Position numbers and translations under genes: made by a program. Of a stretch of DNA of 64,000 nucleotides, positions 12,852-24,000 are shown in pieces. Location: positions 124,101 through 188,100 of the forward strand of contig DF236951.1 of the NCBI GenBank assembly GCA_000708835.1, given 5' to 3'. The notes under the pieces are model-generated. The model was not told where the DNA came from. It was given only the letters and a program-made list of their open reading frames with translations, and searched no databases. The first letter of the stretch is position 1. Each line of letters opens with the position of its first letter. Origin of the DNA: Klebsormidium nitens (taxonomy: Eukaryota > Plantae > Klebsormidiophyceae).

Positions 12852-15800
12852 ATGGCTTTCACGGAGGGTAGGAAGATTCATATCAAGAACCTGTCGTACG
12901 AAGTGGAAGAGGACGACCTGCGAGAGGCCTTTTCCAAGTTTGGAACCATTCTTGAGGTCAAAGTGAGTGGCAGTGCAGAAGAGTTGACAAGCAAGGTATT
13001 TCGCCCTATGCGGCCAGCAATTTCTTCGTGATCATGCAAGAGTTGCACTGGATGCTTTTTTGGAACGGTCAATCATTCGAATCAAGGGCATGTTGGTATG
13101 GCGTCCTGCTTTTTCTGCACTGGGTGCGCAATCACTCACCGTTGCCTTTCTCAATCTGCAGATCATACGAGACCATGTTACCTCAAAGTCCAGAGGTTTT
13201 GGCTTTGTCACCTTTCAGGAAGGCAAGGCAGCCAGAGCAGCACTCGAGTACATGGACAACAAGGTGCGCCTCACAAACTGCATGTATCTTACACTTTCTT
13301 GCCAAGACCTGCAAGACACATAACTGCTGCTCTCTTCTCTTGCCACCGAAGAGTTGTGTTGATCCTACAAAGATGTACAGCTGTCCTCAGCGTAATTGCA
13401 TATTAGTCCACCATCCTTTCTTCCAAGCACTCTAGCTCTGCTTTGAGTCCATGAGTTAAAATGTTTCAGAAACTACTAAAGTCATAAAACGTTTTCTTGC
13501 AGCCTTTTCGGGGGGCCTACAGGATGAAGGTGAGCCCCCACTCCGAAGCCCTAGATTTTGCCAGGCCTTGTAGTCAAATCACTGTGGCACTCACACAGTG
13601 TTATCAAAGCTTTCCATTGCACGCAACCTCCTCGAAAAGAACGTGGTAATCAACGAAAGTGCCCAGTTTCGCAAAAACTGGTCGAGCTCTTTGAGACTAT
13701 GACGTCTCCGGTGGTGTTGTACAGGTCAACTGGGCGACACAAGATGGAAGATTTGGTGCGAACAGGCCTAGAGACCCCATTGACATCAGGTAAGGCGATT
13801 CAGTGACGTATCCAATATCACTCAGTTTCAATCGGATTGTGAAAGAGAGTGCTGCTTCTGGAGGCTGACGTCTTTTAAGTGCGATCAGAGCGTACAGAGT
13901 CACATTCGCGGCGCTCAAGGACGCTAAGTATCTGACGTGTCCTTCGAACCAACATAATTCTCTCCCTTTTCCTCGACTGATCGCCAGGGAACGGCGCAGC
14001 CTGATCAGCGGGCCGCCTCCAGGGATGGGTCTCCGCCCCGACTCGCCCCTCAGCCGTAGAGAGAGAGCGCTGCAGAACGCGAAGTCGCTGTCGCCCCCCT
14101 TCGTCGGTGACCAGCAGCCGCCAGGGTTCCAGTCCAGCCAAGAGAAGGCGGAAGACAAGGCCAGAACCGACGTGGCGTCGCCCGCACCGTCCACTGGTCG
14201 CAAAGCCCGCTCCAAATCACCTCCACCAAGTATGTACTTGCATCCTGCTGTAAGCTCAGCGCAAATGGAATCAGTGTGTATTCGGCGCAAGCGAGGCAAA
14301 TTGCAGGCAGGTTAGATGGCCAGAGAAACGCATCTGCAAGAGTCAGTCAGATTTACAATGGTGCTCTTTCGAGGTTAGGGAAATAACTCGAACAATCAAG
14401 GTCCTTGAAAACATCTTCTCGACGAGGTTCCAAGGATGTCATACACAGTCCAACCTTTTGAGGTGCATCCAAACGAGAATCGCGATCGGTCGTTTGACCT
14501 CGGCAACAGGAGAACAAATGTCAGCAACTGACTTCAACAGCAACACCGCCTTCGTTGGCAAACACATGAAAAGCTGTCTTTAAAGCTACCGCACGTTTTA
14601 ATTGCAGTGCGCCGCCGCACCAGAAGTCCCGAGCGGGCGGCCAGTGACAGCGGCGGCCGCGACGAGCGCGCGCGCAGTGGCAGCCGCAGCTGCAGCCCAA
14701 GCCGCGGCCGCCGCGCCAGAAGCGCCAGCACGGCACACACCCGCAGCCGCAGCGGCAGCGGCAGCCCGCCCCCCACGCGCCGCTCCGCTACGCCCCGCTC
14801 CGACGAGAAAAGGTAACCTGGTTGTGTGAATCTGTCGGGTGATATCTGCAAGAAAGCGTACGTATTTTCGTTTTGCAGGCGCTGTTTGGAAGTCTCCGTT
14901 CAAGACATCGAAAATCTTCACGTGTGCGGGGGTATCCACTTTCTCAGGAGGGTACAAAGAATCCGGTCTCCAACTGGTGTAGAGAGGGTTTTGATCTGAA
15001 GACATTATCGACGCCTGTTCGTAGTTACGCTTTGGGTTGGCTAAAACCGCTGTCCTTCCTGCGTGCGTTGCTGCAGGCACTCTGCGAGTCCCGAAGAGGT
15101 TCGGTCCCCTCCAAAGAAGCGCCAATTTGAGAGCATTGTAAGTTCCAAACCAAAGCGTCTGGTTGATTGTTCCCCTCTTTGTTATGAAGCTTTTGGGTCG
15201 CATTCACTTGTCGTTGATAGCGGCCTCCAGTCCGGTTATACGAGACGTTGAAACCGGCTGGAAACTCGTTGGATTATAAAGCAGAAGACCTGAAAGCATC
15301 CGTTTCCTGCGCAGGAAGAAACAGATGAAGAGACCAAGGACGAATTGAGAGCGGCCTTGGACATCGCACTCGACAAACAGATCGAGCTCGAGGACAAGGT
15401 ACCAACCTTGACGCAGCCCACGTTTCTTGCGCTCTGATCCTATTCAGCTTTACGTGTTGCTCTTGTCTACAATCTGCTTTCTCTCGCCGACCTACTTCAA
15501 GAGCCAAAGAAGTGTTCTTTGCTGTCAGCGCTCACTGTGTGATCTCGCTGCAGATCATGAAGCTACAAGAGCGACTGCGCATGTCGGAGCTGGAGAAGGG
15601 CGACATACTACGGAGAAATGCGGTGGGTGCACTTATCAAACCTCTAGTCATTTTGCTTCCTACGAAGCCGAAAGGCAAAGGCTATATCACTCTGCAAGAG
15701 CTAGATCGCTCTGCAAGACTCGAACGCTCACAATGCTAGTCTCCAGGAGTGTGCTGCGTCAACACCAGAGCATGTTGGTAGGAAGCGTTGAAGGCAACCT

Positions 15801-16734
15801 CTAAGAGCCCTCACTATCCTCTTTTGCCTTGTTCAGATATTGGAGTCGGAACTTGACGACACTCGGTCCAGACACGACGGGCGGCAGCTACTCCTGATGA
15901 AGGTAAAACCTCGTCCAAAGTGAACGTACTCTGCTAAATTATCAATTTCACTGTAGGCCGTTAACATATGAATCTGATATCTTTTCTTTCTTCTTCATTC
16001 CCGTATGACCGTCATCATCAAATGGTTGGGAGGTTTAGAAAGTCTGCTCATATCGCCAACTGCATCGCTGCTTCTTGAGGAGTCTGTTTGAGTTGTCTCC
16101 CAACAGCTTTCTGGTATAGGAGATCGCGAGAAGCTCATATGACCAGATATCGATCCCTCAAGCAGCACCGCGCACCCTTACAGATGCGGATGGCAATGGG
16201 TCGGGTGCGGCAAGCGGAGGACATGAAGAGAGCGAGCGAGAACGAGGTTCAGGTGGGCTGTCCATCAACATCCTCCCGCGTGATCCTGAAATTCTGACCT
16301 CCACTTTTGAGTCGCTTGCGCATCCAGAACTCCACCTAAGAACATTCTTGCGGTTCGCTCAAATTACGTTCGCGGTGTTTTTAGTTGGTCGCAGAACCAG
16401 AACCAGTAGCAAAAGCGACCCTGGCTCCTTGAAGGAAAGGCAGCCCACCGTACTGGGTAGTTGATATGAAGTATGTTAGTTGGACTGCCGTAGCAAATGG
16501 CCGCATAGTCATCTACCTATGCGCGGCACACAATGATAAATTGCCACACCTCGCGCGATCTTGCTTCTCTTGACATATAACTACCAATGAGCTAATAAAG
16601 ACCACTCGTTTCAGTCGTTTAGCCATGACAATGTCGAGCATGAGAGTCCTGACCCCGTTTTGGACTCGGTTTTTGCGCAGGAACTGTTTCGTCTTGCGGA
16701 CGCAGAGTTCAGATGCCAGGACCCGGCCCTTTGA
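12852..16734 (+). CDS. RRM-domain RNA-binding protein with RS/SP-rich linker and C-terminal coiled coil
   Basis: RNP2 KIHIKNLSYEV (12852-12963), RNP1 RGFGFVTF (13162-13263), beta4 VNWA (13725). RS-rich exon near 14608-14813. Coiled-coil exons EETDEETKDELRAALD, IMKLQERLRMSELEK, ILESELDDTRSRH, MRMAMGRVRQAEDMKRASENEVQ. The 3' end (16734) and some middle exons are tentative, and one junction needs an extra base (see findings). Confidence 0.8.
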
Positions 16735-17059
16735 AGTATACAGAACGCAGAAGGACCCCATCACAGAGACATGTCTCAGCATGTGCATGTGGCGCGAAGG
16801 TGCTAATATATATGCATACAGTTCTCCGAGCATGCATGTGCACTCGCGACATCGTCCTTCGTAGCAGCAAGGTTGGCTTCTCCATGCAGATGTATTCATG
16901 GATAACAGTACGAGTGTGAATGCTTGCCGACCACTGAGCAGCCTCGCCTGCGCTTTAAGACCAGATATGTCTGCGCTTGCGACATCCGTGAATACTATTC
17001 AATCTCCTTCCTTGTTCTCAAAGTGCTGTTGCAAAATCGACTGTGCACGCGGCTATTCT

Positions 17060-20000
17060 TCAGAGAGCTGGCAAAGTAAGAAGTGCGTCTGCTGACTTTG
17101 GTCTCCTCTCGACCCTCTTCGTATCGTGCACAACCGCCGCCCCCTTAGCGGGCGGCAGCCCAACGATGGAACTCACGGGCTTATTTGTATCAGCTAATCT
17201 GGCCTCGGTCAGGCCATCTCCTATGGAAACTGCCCTAGCGCTCTCTGCTGCGACCCCTGCCTGGGCTGCGGCAGCCGCCCCATCCGACCCCATTCTTCCT
17301 GCACTTCTTGTTTCCTGGCTAATCCGCTTCTCCCCATCAGCCAGCTTTTCCGGAGTCTTCCTACTCGGTTTTGCTGAACCCGGGTTGCTGCCCCTGCCGC
17401 TCGAACGTCCGGACGCGTCCGATGCACCGGACGGCGGCGCGTCCGATAGCGCTGGCGTCGCGATCCGTCGCATGGTCTCGTCCCGGTGCTCGAGCGCCGC
17501 CTGCTCCTGCCGGCACTGCTCCAACAGTTCCGCCAGCTCTTCCGCGCCCAACGTGGCCGGAATCTCCGCCGTGCGCAACACCCGGATCTTTCGGTCGATC
17601 TCCTCCTGCTTCGCTGCAGCCTCCCGCCTCTCTCGTTGCTCCCTCAGGTAGTCATCCGCCGGGGTCGCTTTCTTGGCGCCCTCTTCCCGTTGCGTGTATG
17701 CCCCTGCGGCCCCCCTGCTCGCCTCTGAGCCCGCAGATGTGCTCCCCCGCAGCTGCTCTCCTTTCGCATCGAAAGACGCGGGCTCAGAATGTCCGTCCGA
17801 CTCATTCGATTTTCGGAACTTGGGCGGGGCTGCGACCGACTTGGCGCTGCTCGAGCTCGCCCGCCGTTTCTGCGAGCTCAGCTGCTTGCCGCCCTGCCGG
17901 GACGCTTTGCTCGTTTCGCTGCCCACTCCGGACCGCTGCGTTGTCGGGCGCTCCCCCTCTCCATTTCTTGGCGTCGAGTTTGAGGTCTTTTTAGAGCTTT
18001 CAACAGTGCGAACCGACGCGGAATCGTTGCGAGACCCGGGGCCCAACTCCTGAGGTAAAGCCCGGGACATTGAGCCAAAGCCAGAGTAATCCAGAAAAGA
18101 CGAGCCGTTGTCCATTGAGAAGCTGTCGCTGTCAAAGTACCCGGCCTGCCCGCGGAGAGCGCTGAGCTTGGCGTTGACTGTAGCGAGTTGCATCGCTTCG
18201 TCTCCTGGATACAGGAGATGGATTGTTTTATAAGCGTTTGCTAGAGCACTCGCTGTACACCTCTCAAAATCCCTGATGCGAAGACGGCACGTATAGTATA
18301 TCCGAAGTACGTCACTTTCCTGAGGCTTCTGAACCTTTTTGCTGACACTGCAGTCGGATCCGAGAGCAATCCAATACTTCACGACACCATGACTCTAGAG
18401 ACTAGTCACAAGCTTGACAGCCAGGCCTTCTTGCGGTTGGTTGCAGCCATTACGAAGCTCTTCTACAAACTTCAAATGAGCTTTTCCTCACAAGCATAGC
18501 GCATCTTCTCACCTTCCACGTCAAAGCCCGTGCTTGTGTACGTCGTATAGCTCGCATCTTCGTCGCCCATCTCCCCCTCGCTTTGTGCCAGCAGCTCATC
18601 CACCAGCTTTTCCTCCTCCGGAAGAAGTGTGAAGTACCGGGCATTCGGCCCAAGCACCATATTCCGCGCCACATAGTCTCCCGCAGACACCCTCTTCGAC
18701 CCCACCCCAGTCGCCATCATTGCCCGCCGCAGCTTTGCCTGGCGCCGCCGCCTCCGTTTTGCCAGCTTGACAGCTACCAGTGACCGGACTTTCTGCTCCT
18801 GGGCTGCATATCGTTCCGGATAGACCTGGCGCGCCGTCTCTTCTGCCAGCGCCTGCTTCTCCTCGAGCACCCGATCTAGTTGCTCGATCCTCTCAAAGCC
18901 CTTCTGGAGCTTCGGGTCCTGGTTCACCGACAGAGGCCTTGTGCCAACGCTGGCGCTGTCAGAGAGGGTCTCAGAAGCGTCGCCGCTTACAGAAACAAGG
19001 CCTGAGTCGGATGAGTCAGGGCGTACCCACTGGAGCCCCTCTGGGGTGCCTACCATGCGAGCGGCCGTCCAAGCAAGCGGGGTTTCTGACTTGCGTTGCT
19101 TTGCTAGGCCGTCCACTAGGGCCTGGAAATTGGATGGGACGTCAACCACTTTCTCGTTGTCGGGCCCATCACTGTGCAACACCGTGTCTAAGAACTGCAC
19201 AAAAGAGACCAAAGAGCTTAAAGAAGATAGTCCGCCGGGGCTTTACAATTGCATTCAAACTCAATTATTTTGCACCTCTGATCACTTGAAGCCGGCAAAA
19301 GAAGGCTTTGCGATGATCATGCTGCTAAGCCTGGTGCTATCTTCTCCTTTCAATGGCCATGCGATCACTTGCAAAAGAGTCTCCCACACACTTTGCTATC
19401 TCAAAGCCATTACGATCAATGGCAGAACACGATATGTTCCAGCAAGCGGTCTGTGATGTGGTGCTGGTCCAAGACTTGCTCGAAGGTTTGGCACTTTGGA
19501 GAATATCTGCGGAAGGGGTTGTACTTGCGGTCCAGCAAGGCTATGCCTTATTTGGGGCTGCATTTCAGCCGCAAGTCCAAGGCCTATTCCTGCCTACCTG
19601 CATGAGCTCCTTTCTCCTCTGCTCCCTCTGCACCAGATCCCCTCCAAGGCCCTGCCACACATTTCTCAGGTCCTCGTCATCATTTGCCGCTCCCTCACTC
19701 CCACTTGCCTCATTGTCACTATCGCTTCTCACCAAATTGACAGCTATCCCCTCAGACTTCGCCCATCCCAGTTCATTAGAAAGAGCGGGCGTTGCTGGGG
19801 CGTCTATCCCCCAAACACGCGCTGCCCCTTCCTCCATGACCCCTTCAGAAGTCGACTCTGATTCTGACTCCGAGCTTCCCTCCTCCAGCTGCTTTTGCAG
19901 CTTCCTGATCCTTTGAGTAATGTCAGTTTCCTCTTCTTCCGAGTCGGAATGGTCATCGTCTTCAAGTACACCAAACTGTTGGACAGCTGCTCCATTCTCC

Positions 20001-20180
20001 GCGCCATCGTAGCCTGAGCTTTCATCATCTGATGCCAACTCAGCTTCGGAGAAGGAGAACGTTAGGGGCTGTATTCTCGGCTTAATGGGGCTGGTCCAAG
20101 AATCTTGAGCCATTTCTTCCTGGCTTTCCATCGACCTGGCCTCAAATGCTTGACTTTCCACCCCCGCCATTCTAGCCTTT
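17060..20180 (-). CDS. FSIP1-like (fibrous-sheath-interacting protein 1 family) low-complexity/coiled-coil protein
   Basis: Long spliceable ORFs 19565-20224, 18472-19212, 17060-18382. Ordered motifs resemble FSIP1 as recalled: DPKLQKGFERIEQLDRVLEEKQ, DYVARNMVLG...LLPEEEKLVDELL, GFDVEGDEAMQLATVNAKLSAL (joined across an intron), DDYLREQRERR...QEEIDRKIRVLR. Start codon and one internal exon are uncertain. Confidence 0.6.
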
Positions 20181-21011
20181 AGTGCCAGCACGTCCCAGCT
20201 TTGCAAAGCCCCGAGCCAGTACACGTGCTGCGTCCCTATGAGACGTCTTGAAGATCATGCGGTACCAGGAGGGGGCCCCTGAAAAAGTTGGCCGTGCATT
20301 GCCTAACAAGAACGCCGCATACCGTACGTCTTGGAGGCCCTTCCGGTCCCATCTGTCTCTAGTCCAATTTTGACAGCGACATAGAAAGCATTAAATCTCA
20401 TCTCCTGGCATCGATGCATTCTTGAAGCTGCAGAGCTGAGTAGTAGCGTTTGGGCCTACCGCTTTTCTGTACACCAACAAGCAGGAAGCGCGCGCGTGTG
20501 TTTTACCGGTCCTTCTAGTCCGTCCAATATCCACGCCTGGACTGGAGAACCGTCGATAAGCCTGTATCCAGTGTACTGAAGTCTGAAGCAATAATGTGGC
20601 AGGCAGTACTGCCGCAGTAGCCTGCTCTGTTACAGTAGACGAACAGTTTTCTCTATACCGTACCCGTCGGCGTCAGCGCGGCAGGAATCTGCTAAAGAAA
20701 AAGGCTGTGCCGGTAGTGGGTCGCTCGTCTACTGTAACTCCAAGCGCCCTCAGGCTGTTCGCATAATGTAATTTATGCCTACTGACCCCTGAAAGCTTGA
20801 TGGCAACAGTCCAAATCAAGAGTCCCAAATGAGCTGATGACCTTCTGTAGCCCTTCCTACCCCACAATTCAGCTGCGGCCCCCGCTCTGTGTCTGCTTTC
20901 CTTGCCCTTTAGACTCCTTCTGAGCCTTTAGTGGAGCTCTATACGAGCTCAACCTCACATTCCTGCATCTGATCGTTTGTTCATCTTGAAGGGGCGGGTG
21001 CGCTCCCAGTC

Positions 21012-24000
21012 ATGGCTGAGGACCTGCGCCTCGACTCTGTGATAGGCATCGGCGGGGGGGTCCCAAACGGGCTGCTTTTGCACCCCGATGGGTCGACACT
21101 CATCTATCCCCTAGGCTCAACGGTCATCATCCGGCCCAAGGGGGATGCCCGACGCCAAGAGTTCCTTCAGGGCCACACCGACAAGGTGGCGTGCATCGCG
21201 GTGTCAAAGAGCGGGCGGTACCTGGCCAGCGGGCAGGTCACGCACATGGGCTTCAATGCTGACATCATCATCTGGGACTTTGAGACGCGCCAGATGGTCC
21301 ACCGAATGGCGCTGCACAAGGTGGGGGGGCCTCATATGCCTTGCTTGACAAGGACTTCGCTTTTCAGCAGGGGGCACCCAGCTCTTGTGGGGCTGGTGTG
21401 TCAAGTTGACACTGAGCTACTTTGCAGGATCTGGCAAAGATGCAAATGACCTGGACACTTTTGTGCGAGAGTGCTTCAGAAAGAAGGGCAGACAGTGACA
21501 GTCCTGCCTTTTGAACTCGAGCTCAAGCACTGGCACTGGAGAGCTTTGACAGACCTGGGACATACCCTGATGCATCGGTGGAAAATCCGCTTGCCCACTG
21601 TGATCTCGGTAGCTTGTCTTACTTGACATTGGTCTGCACTTTGCCTGGTGCCCCAATGAGCGATTGGCTGTGTCTCATAAGCTGGAACGACTTGACATAT
21701 CAGTACAACAATCATCAGCACAGAGATGCATGGGCCAGCTATAGTGAGGACACACTGGGGGGGCAGGCCGGATTCGCTGATACTGGCCTAGCCAACTACA
21801 AAGGTACAGCCTTCCTGGAAACTCTTTACCCAGCCTCGAACTACATTAGAGCAGAATGTGATGGCAAAACTCTCCAAGCAATTTAAGAAATGTATTGTCA
21901 CTACAACCAGTTGTGGTTCAGACGCGCTGCTCCGCGCCCTCCCTTTCCTCCTCTCCCTCCCTCAGGTGAAGGTGCAGGCGCTGTGCTTCAGCCATGACGA
22001 CCGCTACCTTGCGTCCCTCGGTGGCGAAGACGACGGCAACCTGGTGGTGTGGAACGTGGAGCTGGGGCAGGCCATCTGCGGCAGCCCGACCGCAAACGAT
22101 TTCGTGCTTACGGTCCAGTTCTTCCACAACGACAGCACGCGCCTAGTTACGGGCGGCAACTACAACCTGAACGTGTGGGAGTTTGACGAGGCCAACCGGA
22201 AAGTGCGCCCCGCCGAGTGCCACCTGGGGCTGCAGAAGCGCGTGTGCCAGAGCATGGTGGTCGACGAGCGGGACGAGTTCGTCTATGTAGGCACCAAGAC
22301 GGGGGACGTGCTGCAGGTAGGGACCACAGTCGAGAAGTCCCGCTTGGTGCTTGGCTATGTGGCAAATTTATCTTAAGAGAGATGCAGATCCGCAACGGCA
22401 GTATCATCGTTAAGTCAAACGCCAACTCTCTTATAGGAAGTGCAAGCTTGCAGTTGATTGGAGTGAGGAACCTGTTGAGTTGGGACCAGATGCTTGACAT
22501 AGTGAAAGAAATTCAGATTCATGTCAGCCTTCGAGCTGATGGCCAGGGTTAAGGGACTCAAGGCAACGAAAAGAGAGATGCGGGTAAAACCATCACGGAA
22601 GCACGTCGTGGCCCTCGTTCTCCGAGCCTACATCCAAATTCCCCAAGCCTGGACGTAAAAGTGTCTTGGCCTGGAGATAGATAGAGTGCATTAGAAGCGG
22701 TCGTCGCACGTTCAAAGTAAGCAGAAAAGACTATGATTTCCAGACTACAGTCCGTTCTTTCTGTCGTCCCCTCAGGTGAGCCTGGGCCCGAAGCTGTTCA
22801 AGCAGTCTGGGCCCAAGCCGTTCATCGGCCAGGGGGTCAGCTGTCTGATCCAGCTGCCGGGAGGAGACACGCTGGTGGCGGGGGGCGGAGACGGCAGCAT
22901 TACACTGCTCAGGGCCGCCACGCTTAAAGCAGCCTGCAGGTAAAACTGCTCTTACATAGAGGTTCCTTCGATTTTCGTTGATGATTGCTGTAGCGGTCTA
23001 CGCGTGGGGCGGGTTCCATAAGCCCGTATGCAACCTGGCTCAATGGCCTCCGTCGAATTGTATTTTTGGACCGGGTGTTTCTCTCACGGCCAACGAGATT
23101 CTTGTAAACCGCTACTCGTCGGTCGACCGGCTGTCCAAAAGCGCTCTGGAGATGTAAGTGGATGAAAACTTGTCCGTTTGGGGAACGGCCAGATTGTGCC
23201 CCTAACCACCAGGTACTCAGATTCTCAGCCACTCTTCGACGCTCGTTGCAGCCTCCAACTCAACGGCGGTGCTGTCACGTCAGTGGTCCTCTCGGAAGGC
23301 CCCGCCCGAGACGGCTCGTTCCTCTTGTACGCCGGTACTGCGAGGTGCAACGTCTACTTAGTCAGGTACGAGGCCTTCCTTCTTTATACCAAACCAACCG
23401 ATTTTGACCAGACGCTGTTTGCCTGCGGTTACTCAGAGCTTACACGTTCCTAATTGTATCGTCAACCTTCATCCTCTTCCAGGTTGCAAAAAGGTATTGA
23501 TCTTCGTTTTTTCGGTCAGCACGGTTCTTGCAGAAAACTTCGGGATCCTTGTAACCAGTAGTGTGACGATTTTAAAACTTTAACTTTGACTTTGTGAATA
23601 TTGCGTGCAAGCGAAGCCTTGGCGTTCTGTCCCAGTCCATTGTACTAGATTCAACAATGCGACAAAGGGGCAAGCTGGCACAAAACGAAGTTTTACTACC
23701 GTACTCCATCTCGAACTTCGTTGTGGGAAACCGCTCACCCTCTTCTCTCAAAAGGTCGTGCAGTTCCCGCTTTTCAAGACGTTCAGATCGCGCTCTTCTG
23801 TGCCGCAGGTTCGACGCTCGCGACAATAAGCTGACGTCGACGCAGGTGCAGTCGTGCCACCACGAGAAGATCACGGACGTCTGCTTCCCCGCAAACTACG
23901 GCGACGTCTTCGCCACGTGCAGCCTCAACGAGATCCGCATCTGGCACGCCGCGGAGTGCCGAGAACTGCTCAGGATCCAGGTCTCTGCAAAGGTCAGCAA

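Noticed and set aside
13697-15203. 200-aa minus-strand ORFs (13697-14299, 14598-15203)
   Set aside because: Antisense shadows of GC-rich RS/SP exons of the RRM gene; no motifs or independent splice structure.
17043-19456. Long plus-strand ORFs (17043-17651, 17371-17994, 18780-19289, 18941-19456)
   Set aside because: Antisense shadows of the low-complexity FSIP1-like exons.
20290-20330. X-box-like TTGCCTAACAA upstream of the ciliary genes
   Set aside because: Poor match to the RFX consensus, and RFX factors are not known from green plants.
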